Assembly: GCA_965649825.1 (NCBI GenBank)
Contig: OZ287707.1
Span: forward strand, 1 to 64,000
Source of the DNA: Penicillus capitatus
Lineage: Eukaryota; Plantae; Chlorophyta
Reading direction: 5' to 3'
DNA length: 64,000 bases
Shown here: piece after piece, positions 10,868 to 22,669 of the stretch
Layout of the letters: the number at the start of each line of letters is the position of its first letter
How positions within the stretch are numbered: the stretch's first letter is position 1
Notes under the pieces: generated by a model
Database searches by the model: none
The model's input: only the letters and a program-made list of their open reading frames with translations
What the model was told of the DNA's origin: nothing
Made by a program: the position numbers and the translations under genes

Positions 10868-13100
10868 TCACTCTGTGTTGGTCGTGACTTTGGCGATGCA
10901 ACTTAACCGTCGCTGCTGAGTCGCGGTGAGTTCACACTGAACCTTACGGAACATTCTAGAACTCCATAGGGAACTCACTCTTGGACTTCTTGTGTTTTTT
11001 CCTGCCGTCACATCGGGGACTGGGTATTCAAGCGAGGGTCGGGCACATAAATCATCTTTCGTCGCAAGTTCATGTCTCTGTTTCATGAGACTGATGAAAG
11101 CAGCGATGGACACGTCTTCCCACATGGCGTCTGCCAACTTCACTGGAAGAAAGTTATCACCGAAGAGAAGAAGGGTAAAGTTCTCGAGATTCATCTGCTT
11201 CAGAGCGCCAATCAATAAGAGAACTGTCTCGAGGACGCATGTTTGTTTTCTGCCATGCATCATTGAAACAGATATATCCAACACGATGGTCACTGAATAC
11301 TCAGATCTGCCAACTCCTTTTCGGCTGGCAAAGATCTTCTTCTCGGCTCCCTTAGTCGCCAAGTGCTTAATGAATCCTGGCAGATGAATAGACGGTCCTT
11401 TGATATCAGGTCTCTTTCTCGCGGGAACATTCTGTGGGAGAAAATCCTCCAATGCCTGTGTCATTCCCTCGATGTCGACGCTCAGTCTATCTTCTGCTCG
11501 CATCCAGGCAGCCGCTGCTGTCCTCGAACGTGTTATCTGTTCGGGACTTGTCAATAAACGGGTGTATGCTTCATGCCAACGGCCAATGAACTTCTCTGCC
11601 AATTCTTCTTTGCATTCAGGACTCTTTGTGATCATCTGAGTCATTTGCATGGTGTAAGGCACAGCGTGTGGTTTATAATCGCAATCATAGAAATCTTCTC
11701 GTCGGAGACCTGGTTTGTTGTAAAGCTGCCCCTCTTCCAGATTTTCAAGCACATCATCATAATTTGTGTCCAATCTCAGCCCAGAAAACAAATCATCCGT
11801 CCCGATTTGCGACAAATCAAAACATTTGTCATGCTTTTTCGTAGGTTTCCAATGCGTAATAAGCACAGCCTTGATCATTTCGCTGATGCGTGCTGGAAGA
11901 GAAACAAAATCCTGTTCGATATGCAGGACCTGAAAATTTAGCGCAACACGATCCCATAAACTTTGAACCGTGTCCATGATTTCTCTCTGAGCTTCGTTCG
12001 TTAGATTCAGCACAACAAGATCCATAGATTTCCTCCTGCAGACTACACAATAGTCTTGTCGTTTTCTCTCTTGAGTGATGCCGTCCGTGATCAAGAACAT
12101 GACTCTGTGGCATCGAGGGTCTTCGTCTTCTTCTGATGAACTGGTAGGCCAGACGGTCTCTGCAACATTTGCAATGGCAGTTGCTATATATGTGCCTTGA
12201 TCATACGAGAAGGACTCAATCACTTTCTGTCCGATGACGTCAGTAAAATGATCTGTGACCATTTTCAGCATCTGCTGAGAGTTTCGATCGCCAAAGCGGG
12301 CCACTGCGAATGGTTGTTCCATCCTTCTCAGGACGTCCATGGTCAGTGCCAACGCCACATTCATTTGAATACTCTCTCGCCGCATAGATCCAGAATTGTC
12401 GATCAAAATGCACCATTCAATTCGGTGCATTTCCACAATCGTCTGATAGAATTGCTCAAAACACGGTTGACATCGTCGCATGGCGGAAATCAACATGCCA
12501 ACGAACTCTTCATTTTCCAGCAGCTTTTCATATGTAGACTTGCGAGACGCACTTAGATCAAGTTTGACAGGATCCTCCAGTCTTTTTCCCCTTATCTTTG
12601 CATTAATCTCCTCGGCATCTTTGAAAAGCCTTACCATCTCCTCATCGTCCAATATCTTGTCCAGAAACAACTGTTGAGCAGAAAAGTCGACCTTAAACGC
12701 AACCATGTCTTTGACTGCCGGACGCTGTTTGACCTGTCCATATTCTGCTTCGCCAACCAGTCCCCGACCTTCACCTCTGTCTTGATCGTCATCGTTCTTC
12801 TTTGAAGCATCTATGTCCTTTAGAAATTTGACATCAGATTCTCCAGCCATGTCTTCTTGACCCGATTCTCTGCGGTCGCTATACTCTTTTCCCGGATGAT
12901 GTATCTGCTCATCGGTTCCAAAATCAATATCGATTTCGAGCATGTCCCGTTGGCTTTTCATACTCTTCTGATCTTTTTCAAAGGTGTCCAAATCTTCCAT
13001 CATCTTCCGATGGTACGCATGCCGTCTTTGCAAAGTCGATGAAAGAAAATCTCTTCCAATCAACCCTAGATGCAATGACATGGCAGGTCTTGTGTATGTA
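10868..13100 (-). pseudogene. 5'-truncated C-terminal part of a midasin-like protein: acidic linker + two VWA/MIDAS domains
   Basis: In the 760-aa ORF: D/E-rich segment, VWA1 (WCILIDNSGSM ... MFLITDG), a CobT/NorD-like linker (RKRPDIKGPSIHLPGFIK) and VWA2 (VTIVLDISVSM). The 5' end abuts the gypsy integrase tail, and the 3' end drifts out of VWA-like sequence. Confidence 0.7.
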
Positions 13101-14171
13101 TTATCTATCCATCCGCCGTAGTTTCCCTGACGGCCCAGACGTCTGTCCAAGTTGACTATTGAACAGTAAGACTAGTTGCCCTGGCGCGAAGGTGAGGCAG
13201 TGAGACGGCTGGGCAGCTTGGAGGCGTCGTTGGTGAGCCATGTGCGTGTCGATGGCTGTCCAGCGAGAAGCGAGGGTATCGGAATGTCTGGCCGGGGCGG
13301 GATCGGCAGGTGGGGGCATCGGAGGGGATGCGGGCGGCGCGGAATGAAGTCGGGGTTGGTAACCGAAAGCAGTTTGTGCAGCACTGAGCTGAGTGATCGA
13401 ATTGGGGTGGGCGTTTAAGAGTGCTTGAACTTGAGGAAGAGAGGATGCCCATTTGCCATGCAGCTGAAGGCGCTGTAGACGGCGGATGATCTCCTGGTTG
13501 AGGCGCTCCACTGTTCCATTGCATTGGGGGCGGTATGCAAGGATTGTGCAGCGGCTGATGCCCCTAGCGGCCATCCAGGCGGAGAGTTGGTTCCCGACAA
13601 AGGCAGGTGCGTTGTCTGTTTGAAGACTGTCGGGGTAACCGAATAGTGAGGTCCAGCGTTCCAGAAGCTTGATAATGGTGGCGGCATTGGCGGTGGAGGA
13701 CGCAGAGAGAAGGCAGAAGCGGGTGCAGAGGTCAACAGCAGCAATGATGAAGCGGTAGGAACCGTCCGGTTTCATAGGGCCAATGACGTCAAGGCCGACA
13801 CATTGATTCATGTGTTGCCAGGTGTTAAAGGACTGAGTGACTGGGGGGTCGCGGCGTGCAAACTGCTGGCACTGGGGGCAGCTTTTTACCCAGTTCTTGA
13901 CGCGGGTGGGGGCGTCAGGAAAATAGATCATCTGGTTGAGTTTCTGAGTAGTGGTCTGAATGCCGTAGTGACCACCCTGCTCGTGGGCTTGGTGGAGCCA
14001 GTAGGGAACGGCGTGAGGGTCGAGGCAGCAAGGCACCCAGAGTAGGCCGTCTGTGGAATGTTCTAGCTGGTGAGCGTGGAGGCGGAAATACTTGCTGCGG
14101 TGCTTGAGACGGGCTCTTTGCTGCGGCGTAGCGTCATCTGGGCAGCGGTTGGTGCGCAGGTAGGCTTCCAT
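13101..14171 (-). pseudogene. Gypsy integrase
   Basis: H-x4-H ... CPQC zinc finger, VGLDVIGP, LQTDNAPAF, NGTVERLN, and a GPY/F-like tail FAPGQLVLLFNS. Confidence 0.92.
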
Positions 14172-14258
14172 CTGCGAGTACCAGTTGGGCCAGTGAGTAG
14201 GTCCGGTGGTAGTCTTGAGCGCAGAGACGGCTGGCTGCGGCTGCTCTAGGGTGGCGCG

Positions 14259-15758
14259 CTACCATGGGCTGCGACTGAGGAGGTCCGCGATGACATTGGC
14301 CACACCGTCGACGTGCTTGATGCGGCCGGCAGTTAAGTTGAGAGCATCCAGGTGTCGCTGGACAAGGAGGCTTTGATCTTGAGTACCGCTTGCTTGTTTG
14401 ACAACGGTGGCGTCCGTGAAGATCGTGAGATGTTTCCCCAAGATCAGGTGTCTGATCTCCTTGAGAGCTCTCTCCATGCCCAGTAATTCTGCCTTGCCAC
14501 CGGATCGGAACTTGTCATGCTGGAAGCCGCCGGCCCCCATTCTGAGCAGTTGCTTGGTCCCCCTGTCAAACAGAGCATACCCAAACCCGTCGCGGCTTGC
14601 GTCCACATAGAGATCGATAGAGCGACCCGCGGAGTCTGGTCGGTTGTACCAGATGCGATCGAGAGATTTGATGATGGCTGGCCATCGTGCAGGATCCTCT
14701 TCCCAGCAGCGTCGGATAGCGTCCGCATCTGCGTGTGAGAGTCTCTGCAGCGCGGCCAGATTGCGGACGTCACTACGGCAGTAGCTCAATAGAGTGCGAA
14801 GTAACCCGAGGAAAGAGCGGACGGCCGTCTTGGTATGCGGTGGTGAGGCCGTGAGTAGTTGCTGAAGCGTTCCTGTTGGCGGCAGAACGCCTTTCTGGGT
14901 GAAGCGGTGCCCCAGGAACTCGATCTCTTGTATGCCAAATTTGCATTTCTTCAGGGAGGCTGTCCACCCATGTCGTCTGTAGGCGGTCATCAACTGTCTT
15001 ACTGCGGTCTCTAGGTCGTGTCCCGTTTTGGCCCCGACGCATACATCGTCGGCATAGCTTTCAATTGTTGCTCAGATGCCTTGTCTTCTGAGCTGGTCTC
15101 GTGCTTCGGCAATGGTTGTCTGTACGGCTTAATCGAAAAAGGCCATAGAGTTGACCCACCCCATCGGCAGTCGCGTGAATGCATATGGCTGTTTGTCAAA
15201 TATTGTTACGAAGTATGGCTGGAGGTCCGGCGTCAGAGGGATCTGGTAGAAGCCGTGCCTAAAATCGAATTTCGCGAAGGTGCGCATTCCGGACAAACCT
15301 TGGACGGCCCCTTCTCTATGCATTGGTAGGGCAGGTCTTCTGGCGGTCAGAGTGTTCATCCCCCTGAAATCAAGGACCACTCGCCTCTCGAGTGAGTCCT
15401 TCTTCGCCACTGAGAACCAGGGGATGACATGCTTTGGCTTCCCGTGGAATCTTCGCACAACTCCTGCCTCGATTAGTTGATCGATTTCCCTTCTACATGC
15501 TGCAGTCTCCGCAGCGAATGTGTATGGGACTTTCGTAGACACTGAGTGCAGCTGCCCTTGTACGTCTTCGACGCTGACCTCCCAATCCACAAAACGCCCA
15601 ATTCCCTCACGGATGACGTCTGGGAATTCGGTCAGCAGCCGTTTCATACCGCGGCAGTCAGTTGTCGCATTTCTCGACAGCAGGCCTGACTGCTGGTCTA
15701 CTGCCGTTTGGGAAAAGACTGTTTGGCTCCTCGGAGTTGATGTCTTCGTCCATTGCAA
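14259..15758 (-). pseudogene. Gypsy reverse transcriptase + RNase H with in-frame stops
   Basis: RRVVLDFRGMN, DFRHGFYQI, LPMGW, SYADD, LYVDAS, KAELLG, NVIADLLSR. In-frame TAA (15129-31) and TGA (15072-74). TAG (14259-61) is in frame with the integrase ORF. Confidence 0.92.
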
Positions 15759-18616
15759 TCACGGATCATCGGGTCCCCTCCTTGTGCCGGGATTTCAAAA
15801 ATGGTTGTCTTTCCCGTGATTCGGATGGGCTCGTCACGGTGGTTTGTCAAGGTCAGAGTGGAAAAGGTTTCGTATTGTACTCCCAGGTGCATAGAAAAAT
15901 GAGGCGCCACGACTGGCGTTCGCTGGTGCACCATTGATCTTGGGATGACGATTGGTGTCTTCACCATGCGACTCTCTCGAGGTCCCAGGACCACCGACCT
16001 GTTCAGAGGAACCTGTATTCTGTCTCCCTTTGTCGCAGGGAGGTGTTCCACGCGCTCCGTGTACTTCCCGACATCTTCGTGTGCGATGATCCCGTTCGTC
16101 ACTTCCTTTTCTATCTTCGGTCCCGCGAAAAGGCACTTGATGTTCTTCCCCTTGATGCTTATTGATCTGTTGTGCGGGTGTGCCGATATTTCGTTTTTCG
16201 TCATAGCGTCAAACCCCAAAAGCAAGTCATAGCCTGAGTTTGGCAGTACCAGGCAATTCAGGCGAAAAGTCGGGTGTGTCGTTTTCTCAATAGATACGTC
16301 TATCTCGCATTTCCCCGCAACTTGTGCAGTCTTCCCGTGTGCAAGGAGCAATCGCGTTCCGTCAGGTGTGATTTTCGCTCCGAGCTCCTTGGCTAGAGCG
16401 AGAGACATGATCGAAGATTCTGCCCCGGTGTCGACTAGGGCCTCGATCTTTCTGGGGTAGCCAAGATGACTTTGTGAGACTAACCCGAGTTTCATCACCC
16501 TCGTCGGCTCCCTTTTCTTGCCCGTCGTTTGTGCCGCGTAAGTCCGGGACAGGTCTTGTTCGGCGTCCTCCTCGCCTCCTTCGCTCAGTGTCTCGCATAT
16601 TGGTTCTCCACTTCCTCCGGGTGCGGAACCCTCGGCAGCTGACGGGGATGCGTCGGACAAGGGTCGACGCGGCACGCGAAGGCGCGTCGGCGAGACAGAG
16701 GAACAGGACCTGAGCACAAGCAAATGCTACAGGTGAGGCGTACACGTTGACTAAATACCCCTGGCGCCCGCGGACCGCCGTCACATCATGAAGCGGACAG
16801 CGTGTCCGGTCCGCGGGGCCAGAACCGTTCGAGTACACCCGTCAGGACTCCCCCAGCGGTTGACACAACGTCCACGCGACAACCGCTCTGACAGGGAGTG
16901 TACGACCCAAGACGCGGAAAGAAACGTCGCGTCACCACAGACACTTAGAAAGAACGACGCAAAGAATGCACAAACGCACAAAAATCACGAACGTGACAAG
17001 ACCGCTCCGCCGCGCATCGCTGCCCCTGTCACATCATTACTCAGGGCATAGCAGCTCGGCTACAGCCCGCAGCTGCAAGCGCTGGTCGGAGGGCGAAAAC
17101 ACGCGTGACAACAAATGAAATGACCACACACGGACGCGAGGAAAACACTGCACACGCGAGCGGCAACGCACAGACTACAGACTTGGTCTACAGGGGGATG
17201 TCCTCACGAGCGCGGCTTGCGATGAGACACCCACCGACGGCAGTCGTCCTCCGCTGCATCGTTAAACAGCGACGCCGCCGCGGCTGACAGAGGTGCTCAT
17301 GCCGCACATCGCCATCCACCCTGACCTCATGACCTCTTCCGCAGGCGCTGTCCGCCCGTCTACACTAGACGGTCGCGGTGCTTCGACGGTCTTCGTCGGC
17401 CGGTTTCGTGGACGGCGTCGTCTTCCCTGCTGCGGTCTTCAGCAGCGTCTTCCACAGGTCGCTTCGACGGGGTCGGAGCATCTCGGTCGGGCATCCACTG
17501 ACGGTCTTGCCTCGTCCTTCCTCGGGTGGCATTGAGGGCGCCACCTGCCCCGGAGGTCCACCAGTCTGACGGGGATGCGTCGGACAAGGGTCGACGCGGC
17601 ACGCGAAGGCGCGTCGGCGAGACAGAGGAACAGGACCTGAGCACAAGCAAATGCTACAGGTGAGGCGTACACGTTGACTAAATACCCCTGGCGCCCGCGG
17701 ACCGCCGTCACATCATGAAGCGGACAGCGTGTCCGGTCCGCGGGGCCAGAACCGTTCGAGTACACCCGTCAGCAGCTACAAAAGCGCGGCGTCCACCCCA
17801 TCTTCGCGGCTGGTTCATCTGCCTTCTTTGGTTCGTTTGCCCATCCTGCCCGTTGCAGATCCTTTGCAAAAACCTCAACATGTTTTGGGCTTCGCGCCTC
17901 GATGTCTTGCAAATTTCTCTTGCGCCGACCATAACTCTCCCAGCGTTTGTGATGGCTGCAAAATTTATCGACCCGTCGTTTCCGATCACTCTGCCATCTG
18001 TTGCCGCATTCACCTGTATTGTTGCGGTGTCAATGTCCATCTCATCTCCGCTGTTCTCCGTCTTCAGCTGGCTTCCGGACTCCCAGAAGCTTGCGTTCCT
18101 CAGCGCGGTGCTCATTTCTTCTACTGTCGCTGTCGCCGGCAGGTGAAGCATGAGCTTCTTCATGTGGGCTGGGATTCTTTGGTACAGAGTCTTGACTTGT
18201 GTTATTCTTGATGCAGTTGTTGTAACGCAGGCCGTGCGGTATCGGTCTATGAAGTCCAGCCATTTTTTCGCCTTCGTCTTCATCATCCTGGTCAGCCTTT
18301 CCTCTGCTGACAGCGTCGTCTCGGGGCACGTTCCAATGAGGAGCTCCTTCACAACGCGCCATTTTTCCGCTGTCCTGACCCCAGGAAGTGCGGCGCCCCA
18401 GAAGGCGTGCACCGTTGCCGCAGGTCCGGCGAATGCAGCGTTAAAGGCTGCGAGTCCGTCGAAGTGCGGCTCCACACCTTCAAGGACCTGTCGTACGAGG
18501 TCGAAAGCTGGAGATCTAGGCTCCAATCTTTCCACGACGTATTTAAGTCATGGGCGGTAGTTGTCTTCGACAAAGGCTGCCGAGTCGAGAAGGGACGTGA
18601 ACTGTTCACGGTTCAT
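15698..18616 (-). pseudogene. Gypsy gag-protease ORF split by the TRIM insertion
   Basis: ATG at 18616 (MNREQF...) with an in-frame TGA at codon 23. Removing 16640-17771 plus one TSD restores ...RRAFVAAEGSAPG... in frame through to the aspartic protease ALVDTGAESS. Confidence 0.85.
16640..17771 (-). mobile_element. TRIM-like non-autonomous LTR element (1132 bp)
   Basis: Two 205-bp LTRs, identical by eye (16640-16844, 17567-17771), with TGACGGG...CCCGTCA ends. 5-bp TSD GCAGC (16635-39, 17772-76). Minus-strand PBS-like TGGTGGACCTCCGGGG just inside the 5' LTR, and purine tract GGGGGAG before the 3' LTR. No recognisable pol. Confidence 0.93.
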
Positions 18617-18630
18617 CTTTGAGATTCGGT

Positions 18631-18642
18631 GCTCCGAAACCA
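18631..18642 (-). promoter_or_regulatory. Putative primer-binding site of the gypsy element (tRNA-iMet-like)
   Basis: TGGTTTCGGAGC matches the canonical TGGTATCAGAGC at 10/12 positions and lies 3 nt after an LTR-type ...TATCA end. Confidence 0.6.
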
Positions 18643-18645
18643 TTT

Positions 18646-18829
18646 TGATACGCGCAAATATCGAACTCGTAGAAACGAACAGACAAGTTGTTAAAAGATG
18701 ATCGTCGTTCTCAAATAACTGCCATTTATATGGTTTCTTTACATGACGTTATGATTGCGTCATGCTCCATGTCATGCTGTCATCTTCTCCTTCAGTTCTT
18801 CTTCCTTCCTTGGCTTCGCGGTGGTGACA
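18646..18829 (-). repeat. Putative 5' LTR (184 bp) of the gypsy element
   Basis: TGTCA...TATCA ends, internal CATATAAATG TATA-like box, followed by the PBS. It begins where cupin-like coding similarity stops. No second copy in the window to confirm it. Confidence 0.55.
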
Positions 18830-19037
18830 GTACTTCATTTCGGCCACGTCTTTTTCCTCCAAACAACCAAAGTACTCGTAATGCTGATTATCATGTGTCG
18901 AATACATGTAACACTGAATCGTGACACGCGTCTCTGCGCATTTGTTCTCTAACATGTGTGTCTGATTAAGTGTAGACGAGATCCACGCAACATCGCCCTC
19001 TTTAAAATCGGTCTCAAGGAACGGTGCGTCATAGTAT

Positions 19038-19275
19038 TGACATGGGCAAGTACGTGACGGTGGTAGACGCAACAAAGTTTCTTACAAAGATAATCAATGT
19101 GACAATAATCCTCCTTTTATAGTGTTGGGTTTCATAGGTGCTGAGTAGGTGCTGCGTAGGTTCTGGGTAGGTTCTGATGTGACGTGGCCATTAAGAGCTG
19201 TTTGGCCATCAGTGCCTCTTACGATGATGAGGCATTTATTGGACCATCATCCTTCAGCTCTTCATCATCATGACA
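19038..19275 (-). mobile_element. Solo LTR (238 bp) inserted in the cupin gene
   Basis: TG...CA ends (TGACATG / CATGACA), 4-bp TSD GTAT (19034-37, 19276-79), TATAAAAGG box on the minus strand, four 11-bp internal repeats. Excision restores the reading frame. Confidence 0.85.
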
Positions 19276-19741
19276 GTATCTTGACAGCATCCTGTACAGC
19301 GACACGTGAATTCGTCCACGCAGCACTCTAATGATATCATTTGATTCAGCATGCCTATGGATCGGCGAAGAGCGACCAGGTGGCCATATTTCCATGACGT
19401 ACGGAATCCCAGGGCATTCTCCTTGATTGACGTCACGAGCGGTTCTGAGGTAAGTCTTTTTCTCGCCTCCAGGAAAGAGCTTCTTCTCCAGCAGCTTTTT
19501 GTAACGCCAGTCGTCCTTATTTTAATGCTCTCTCTTCATTGGCATCAGTGAAGCACGGGAAGTCCTCTGTGTTGAGCTCGAATAATTCTCCAGAAAATAT
19601 TTCCACACGGTTTTCGACAAATGCTGGTTAGATTTGCTGGAACTGCAAACGAATCCTTTGCTGCATCTTCCATAGTGATTTCGTCCACTGGAATACTGGC
19701 AAGCGGAGGATCAATCACAATTGGATCTCGCTGAAAGCATT

Positions 19742-19772
19742 CCAGATCCAGATCCAGATCCAGATCCAGATC
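19742..19772. repeat. Hexanucleotide microsatellite (CCAGAT)x5
   Basis: Read directly. Confidence 0.9.
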
Positions 19773-21861
19773 TTTTGATAACTTGACAAATGTCAAGTCA
19801 CATGGTGCATCTTTTATGCGTAGATCGATCAAAATCAAGTCCTCCCGTGCTACTCCAACACCGTATTTATATCTTCTCTCTTGGGTAGAGAAGCTGATCC
19901 ATTACGAAGCCCTTGCTTCATCGTCAACGAGAACGGTTTCGTATTCGAACTCCTTTACCTTTTTCTCGTCTTCGAGCTAGACGAGACGAGTCTTCTCTTT
20001 GCCATCTTTTTCCTCGACGTGAAGAACCGACAGATCGTCGAAATCGTGTTCAGCACTGAGAAACACTCTAAACTGTTTGCGCTGCTCGTTTCGAAAGACA
20101 ACAACGCCTTAGCCTTCTACTGGCAACTTCACCCCGTTCTTATCCTTCTTCTTTTCCTCCTCCGAAAAGAGAACGGATTAATGGTGCTGCCACCGGTTTT
20201 TCAAGAAATCTGCCCGACGTCATCGCCAACCCCGTCGACTGTGCCATCGCCGGAAATCAAAAAAGGAAACTACTTCTGCGGTTTTTCAGACGTTTCGTCG
20301 CTCTGTTGATCGAGACACTAAAACTGCGAACAACGACGTGGCGAGATTCTAAGCAGCCATCTTGTCCAACGCGTGACGTCAGGAGCTTTGGAGACTCAGA
20401 TTCTGTCAAATTCTTGCGTTCCAATCGCTAGGGATACTCCCATTGGTCCTGCCACCACAGGATCCATCTTCCTCCCCTCGGTCCTGCAGACGCAAACGGT
20501 GGTCCTCTTGCAATAACGTGGCTCTGCGTTTACCGATGGTATCCAGTGGTTTTCAGCACAGAGGTCAAACGGTTGCTCGGAGTGCCCGGCGATAAAGCAA
20601 CATCAGCAAAGGCTCGAAGAGTATGAGAAGGAGGTTGGTCCATCGAATCCAATCGACAGCTCAAAGGATCATACAAGAGGAGAGGAAATACTTAAAAACG
20701 GTCCTACAGAGAAAACGCGCCGGCGGATATCTCGATCCCATTGAACTCCTCTACGCCAAGTGTTACATCTCGGAGAGCCAACCAGCGGAATGCACGCCGC
20801 AGAGCGTGAAGAATTAGCCAAGTGAGGCATCTCCCGTTTCTCTGACCAATCACCTGCTTCCATCTACAAGATCGAAAGGAAGAAGTCCATAGAGTTGCGC
20901 GTGGCACAAGAGATCAAACGGCTGAAACAAGATTGGCAATCAAAGGTGCCTCCCGAGATCCCTCGAATGACTCTTCTCGTTACAGAGGTCGCAAGAATAA
21001 CAATCCCTCACCAAAGCCAGATTGCTTGCACGTGATGTTTCATCAGCGCTGATCGCATTTCTATGTCGTCATTGCCTGCACGGGTTGGGACCCGGTCAAT
21101 GGTGTGAGCCCATCATCTGCCGAGACGATTGATTATTGTTGTCTTTAATTGTCGGCTTCGTTCTGACCGTTTCTGCGTGCGCGTTTAACGTTTACGATGA
21201 GGTTCAGCTTCTGTCGACAGCTTCTGTCAACAAATGGCATCGAGCCGTGCTTATCGCGAGGAAGGCGTTGACGAATTCGGAGACCTGGATCTCGGATCCT
21301 CACAGGACTTCCTGACGTTGCGCACTGGAAGACGCTCTCGTTTCGACAAGATCTCGTCTGCGGCAAAGTTGCATGCCGATCTGTCTGTTCACTTCATCCC
21401 AAGACACATCTCTCACGCTTCACTGACCTTGGGGAAGGAGATCTCTTCGACGTAGAAGCGTTTGTCTTGGTTGGAGATCGTTCCAGAGACTCGTGTGCAT
21501 TGATGCCAGGATAGAGATGATTGACGCCTCCGTACCGTTCGTTCTCATACCGATCGACCCATTTGCCTCGCTGTCGCATCCAGGGCCTATCAGATCTGGT
21601 CTCCGACAGATCTGCATTTGGTTTCCTTCTGCGCAAAGGATGCAGCGGTCGTGACAAGGGAGCGACAGAAGAAACAGCCTGAATCCCTCTCAAGCCTCCA
21701 GAAACACTCGAAAGGCTAAAGGAACAGTACAAGCTTAAACGCGGGGCGATTGATGCACACGTTGTCCAATCTGTAAACATAACGTTTATTACAGAAAGGA
21801 ACCATCGTCCACTTTCGATCAGCAAACAGGTCATGCTGCACTCGCGCAATCGGCAGGTTTG

Positions 21862-22663
21862 CTACATAAGAAACCCGCTGGGTCCAAAATTCTGTCCATC
21901 TGGTGTTCTGGGACCGCGGTAGCTCTGTGCACGCGCAGATGCGGATTGGCCCCTCGCAGGCTCCCGAACAGATAGCGGCTCCGTCCCATACTCATCAATC
22001 TCTTGCAGCAAACTCTGCAGGACACAGCCTTCATTATAGATCACCAATTTCCTCTCCCTTCTCACTTCGGTTTCCGCAATGTGATCGACTGGTCCGTGCC
22101 GCAGAATCAAAAACTTAAGGCACTTGTCTCCTCGCCAGTCATCGATGCTGGCCTTCACAGTGAAGATCATTGTTTTGTAGAGCGCGCAGTTGACGATGGC
22201 TTCGGCCTGTTTCGCATCTTCCGCCTCCTTTCCTCTCAATTCATCAAACGGGATGCCGATGAGGCCTTCGGCGCAGAAAAAAGCCGTTGCAAAATGCGCA
22301 TCTGTGGAGTCACTCAATTTCATCTCCATGACATATCGCCATTCTGCATCCACATCTTTGTCACATTCCTCACACACCCATCCCCGGTCGGATTTCTCAT
22401 AGATTTTCATCAAACAAGGGTGTCTGTTTCTCCGAAGAGGACAGCCGGGGTAGTAGATTTTCTTCCGGATGCAGGTGATCGTTGCACGAACCTGCAAACA
22501 AGATGTCGAGTTGTTGCAGGGGCATTGTGTCACCGACCTTGAACACGGGCGGCTTTGTCGATTCCGCAGTGTTCACGTTGATGTCTGACAGAGACCTAAG
22601 CTGTGTCACACGTGCCGGACCACTCTGGAACAATGCTGTGACAGGTACGCGCGTTGTACCTCC
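21862..22663 (-). pseudogene. RPA1: RPA70 C-terminal OB-fold/zinc-ribbon fragment (3 exons, no upstream exons seen)
   Basis: VRATITCIRKKIYYPGC...C...WVCEEC...WRYVMEMKLSDST. GT-AG introns. The first exon follows an AG acceptor (22664-65), and the sequence beyond it is midasin-like on the opposite strand. Confidence 0.75.
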
Positions 22664-22669
22664 CTAGCA

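Larger units (their letters stand above)
13101..18829 (-). mobile_element. Ty3/gypsy LTR retrotransposon: degenerate, 3' LTR missing, carries a nested TRIM
   Basis: Domain order on the minus strand is gag, protease (ALVDTGA), RT (YADD), RNase H, integrase (HHCC, D,D35E). Putative PBS at 18631-18642 and putative 5' LTR at 18646-18829. Confidence 0.93.
18830..20200 (-). pseudogene. Cupin / cysteine-dioxygenase-like gene, disrupted by stops, frameshifts and two LTR insertions
   Basis: TYLRTARDVNQGECPGIPYVMEIWPPGRSSPIHRHAESNDIIRVLRGRIHV (19.3-19.5 kb) joins PFLETDFKEGDVAWISSTLNQTHMLEN...TIQCYMY...HYEYF (18.85-19.03 kb) in frame once 19038-19275 is removed. Family assignment is from recalled motifs; upstream boundary approximate. 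Confidence 0.75.

Noticed and set aside
14259-14261. Programmed readthrough between RNase H and integrase
   Set aside because: The same element has three other in-frame stops and a protease-RT frameshift, so decay is the simpler explanation.
13160-18608. TGAACAGT/ACTGTTCA as terminal inverted repeats of the retroelement
   Set aside because: Both lie inside coding sequence (integrase tail and gag start), there is no TSD, and the right copy is part of a local palindrome.
20300-21850. Coding remnants between the cupin and RPA1 fragments
   Set aside because: Short ORFs on both strands with no motif I could recognise. The 30.3-32.2 kb interval was left uncalled for the same reason.
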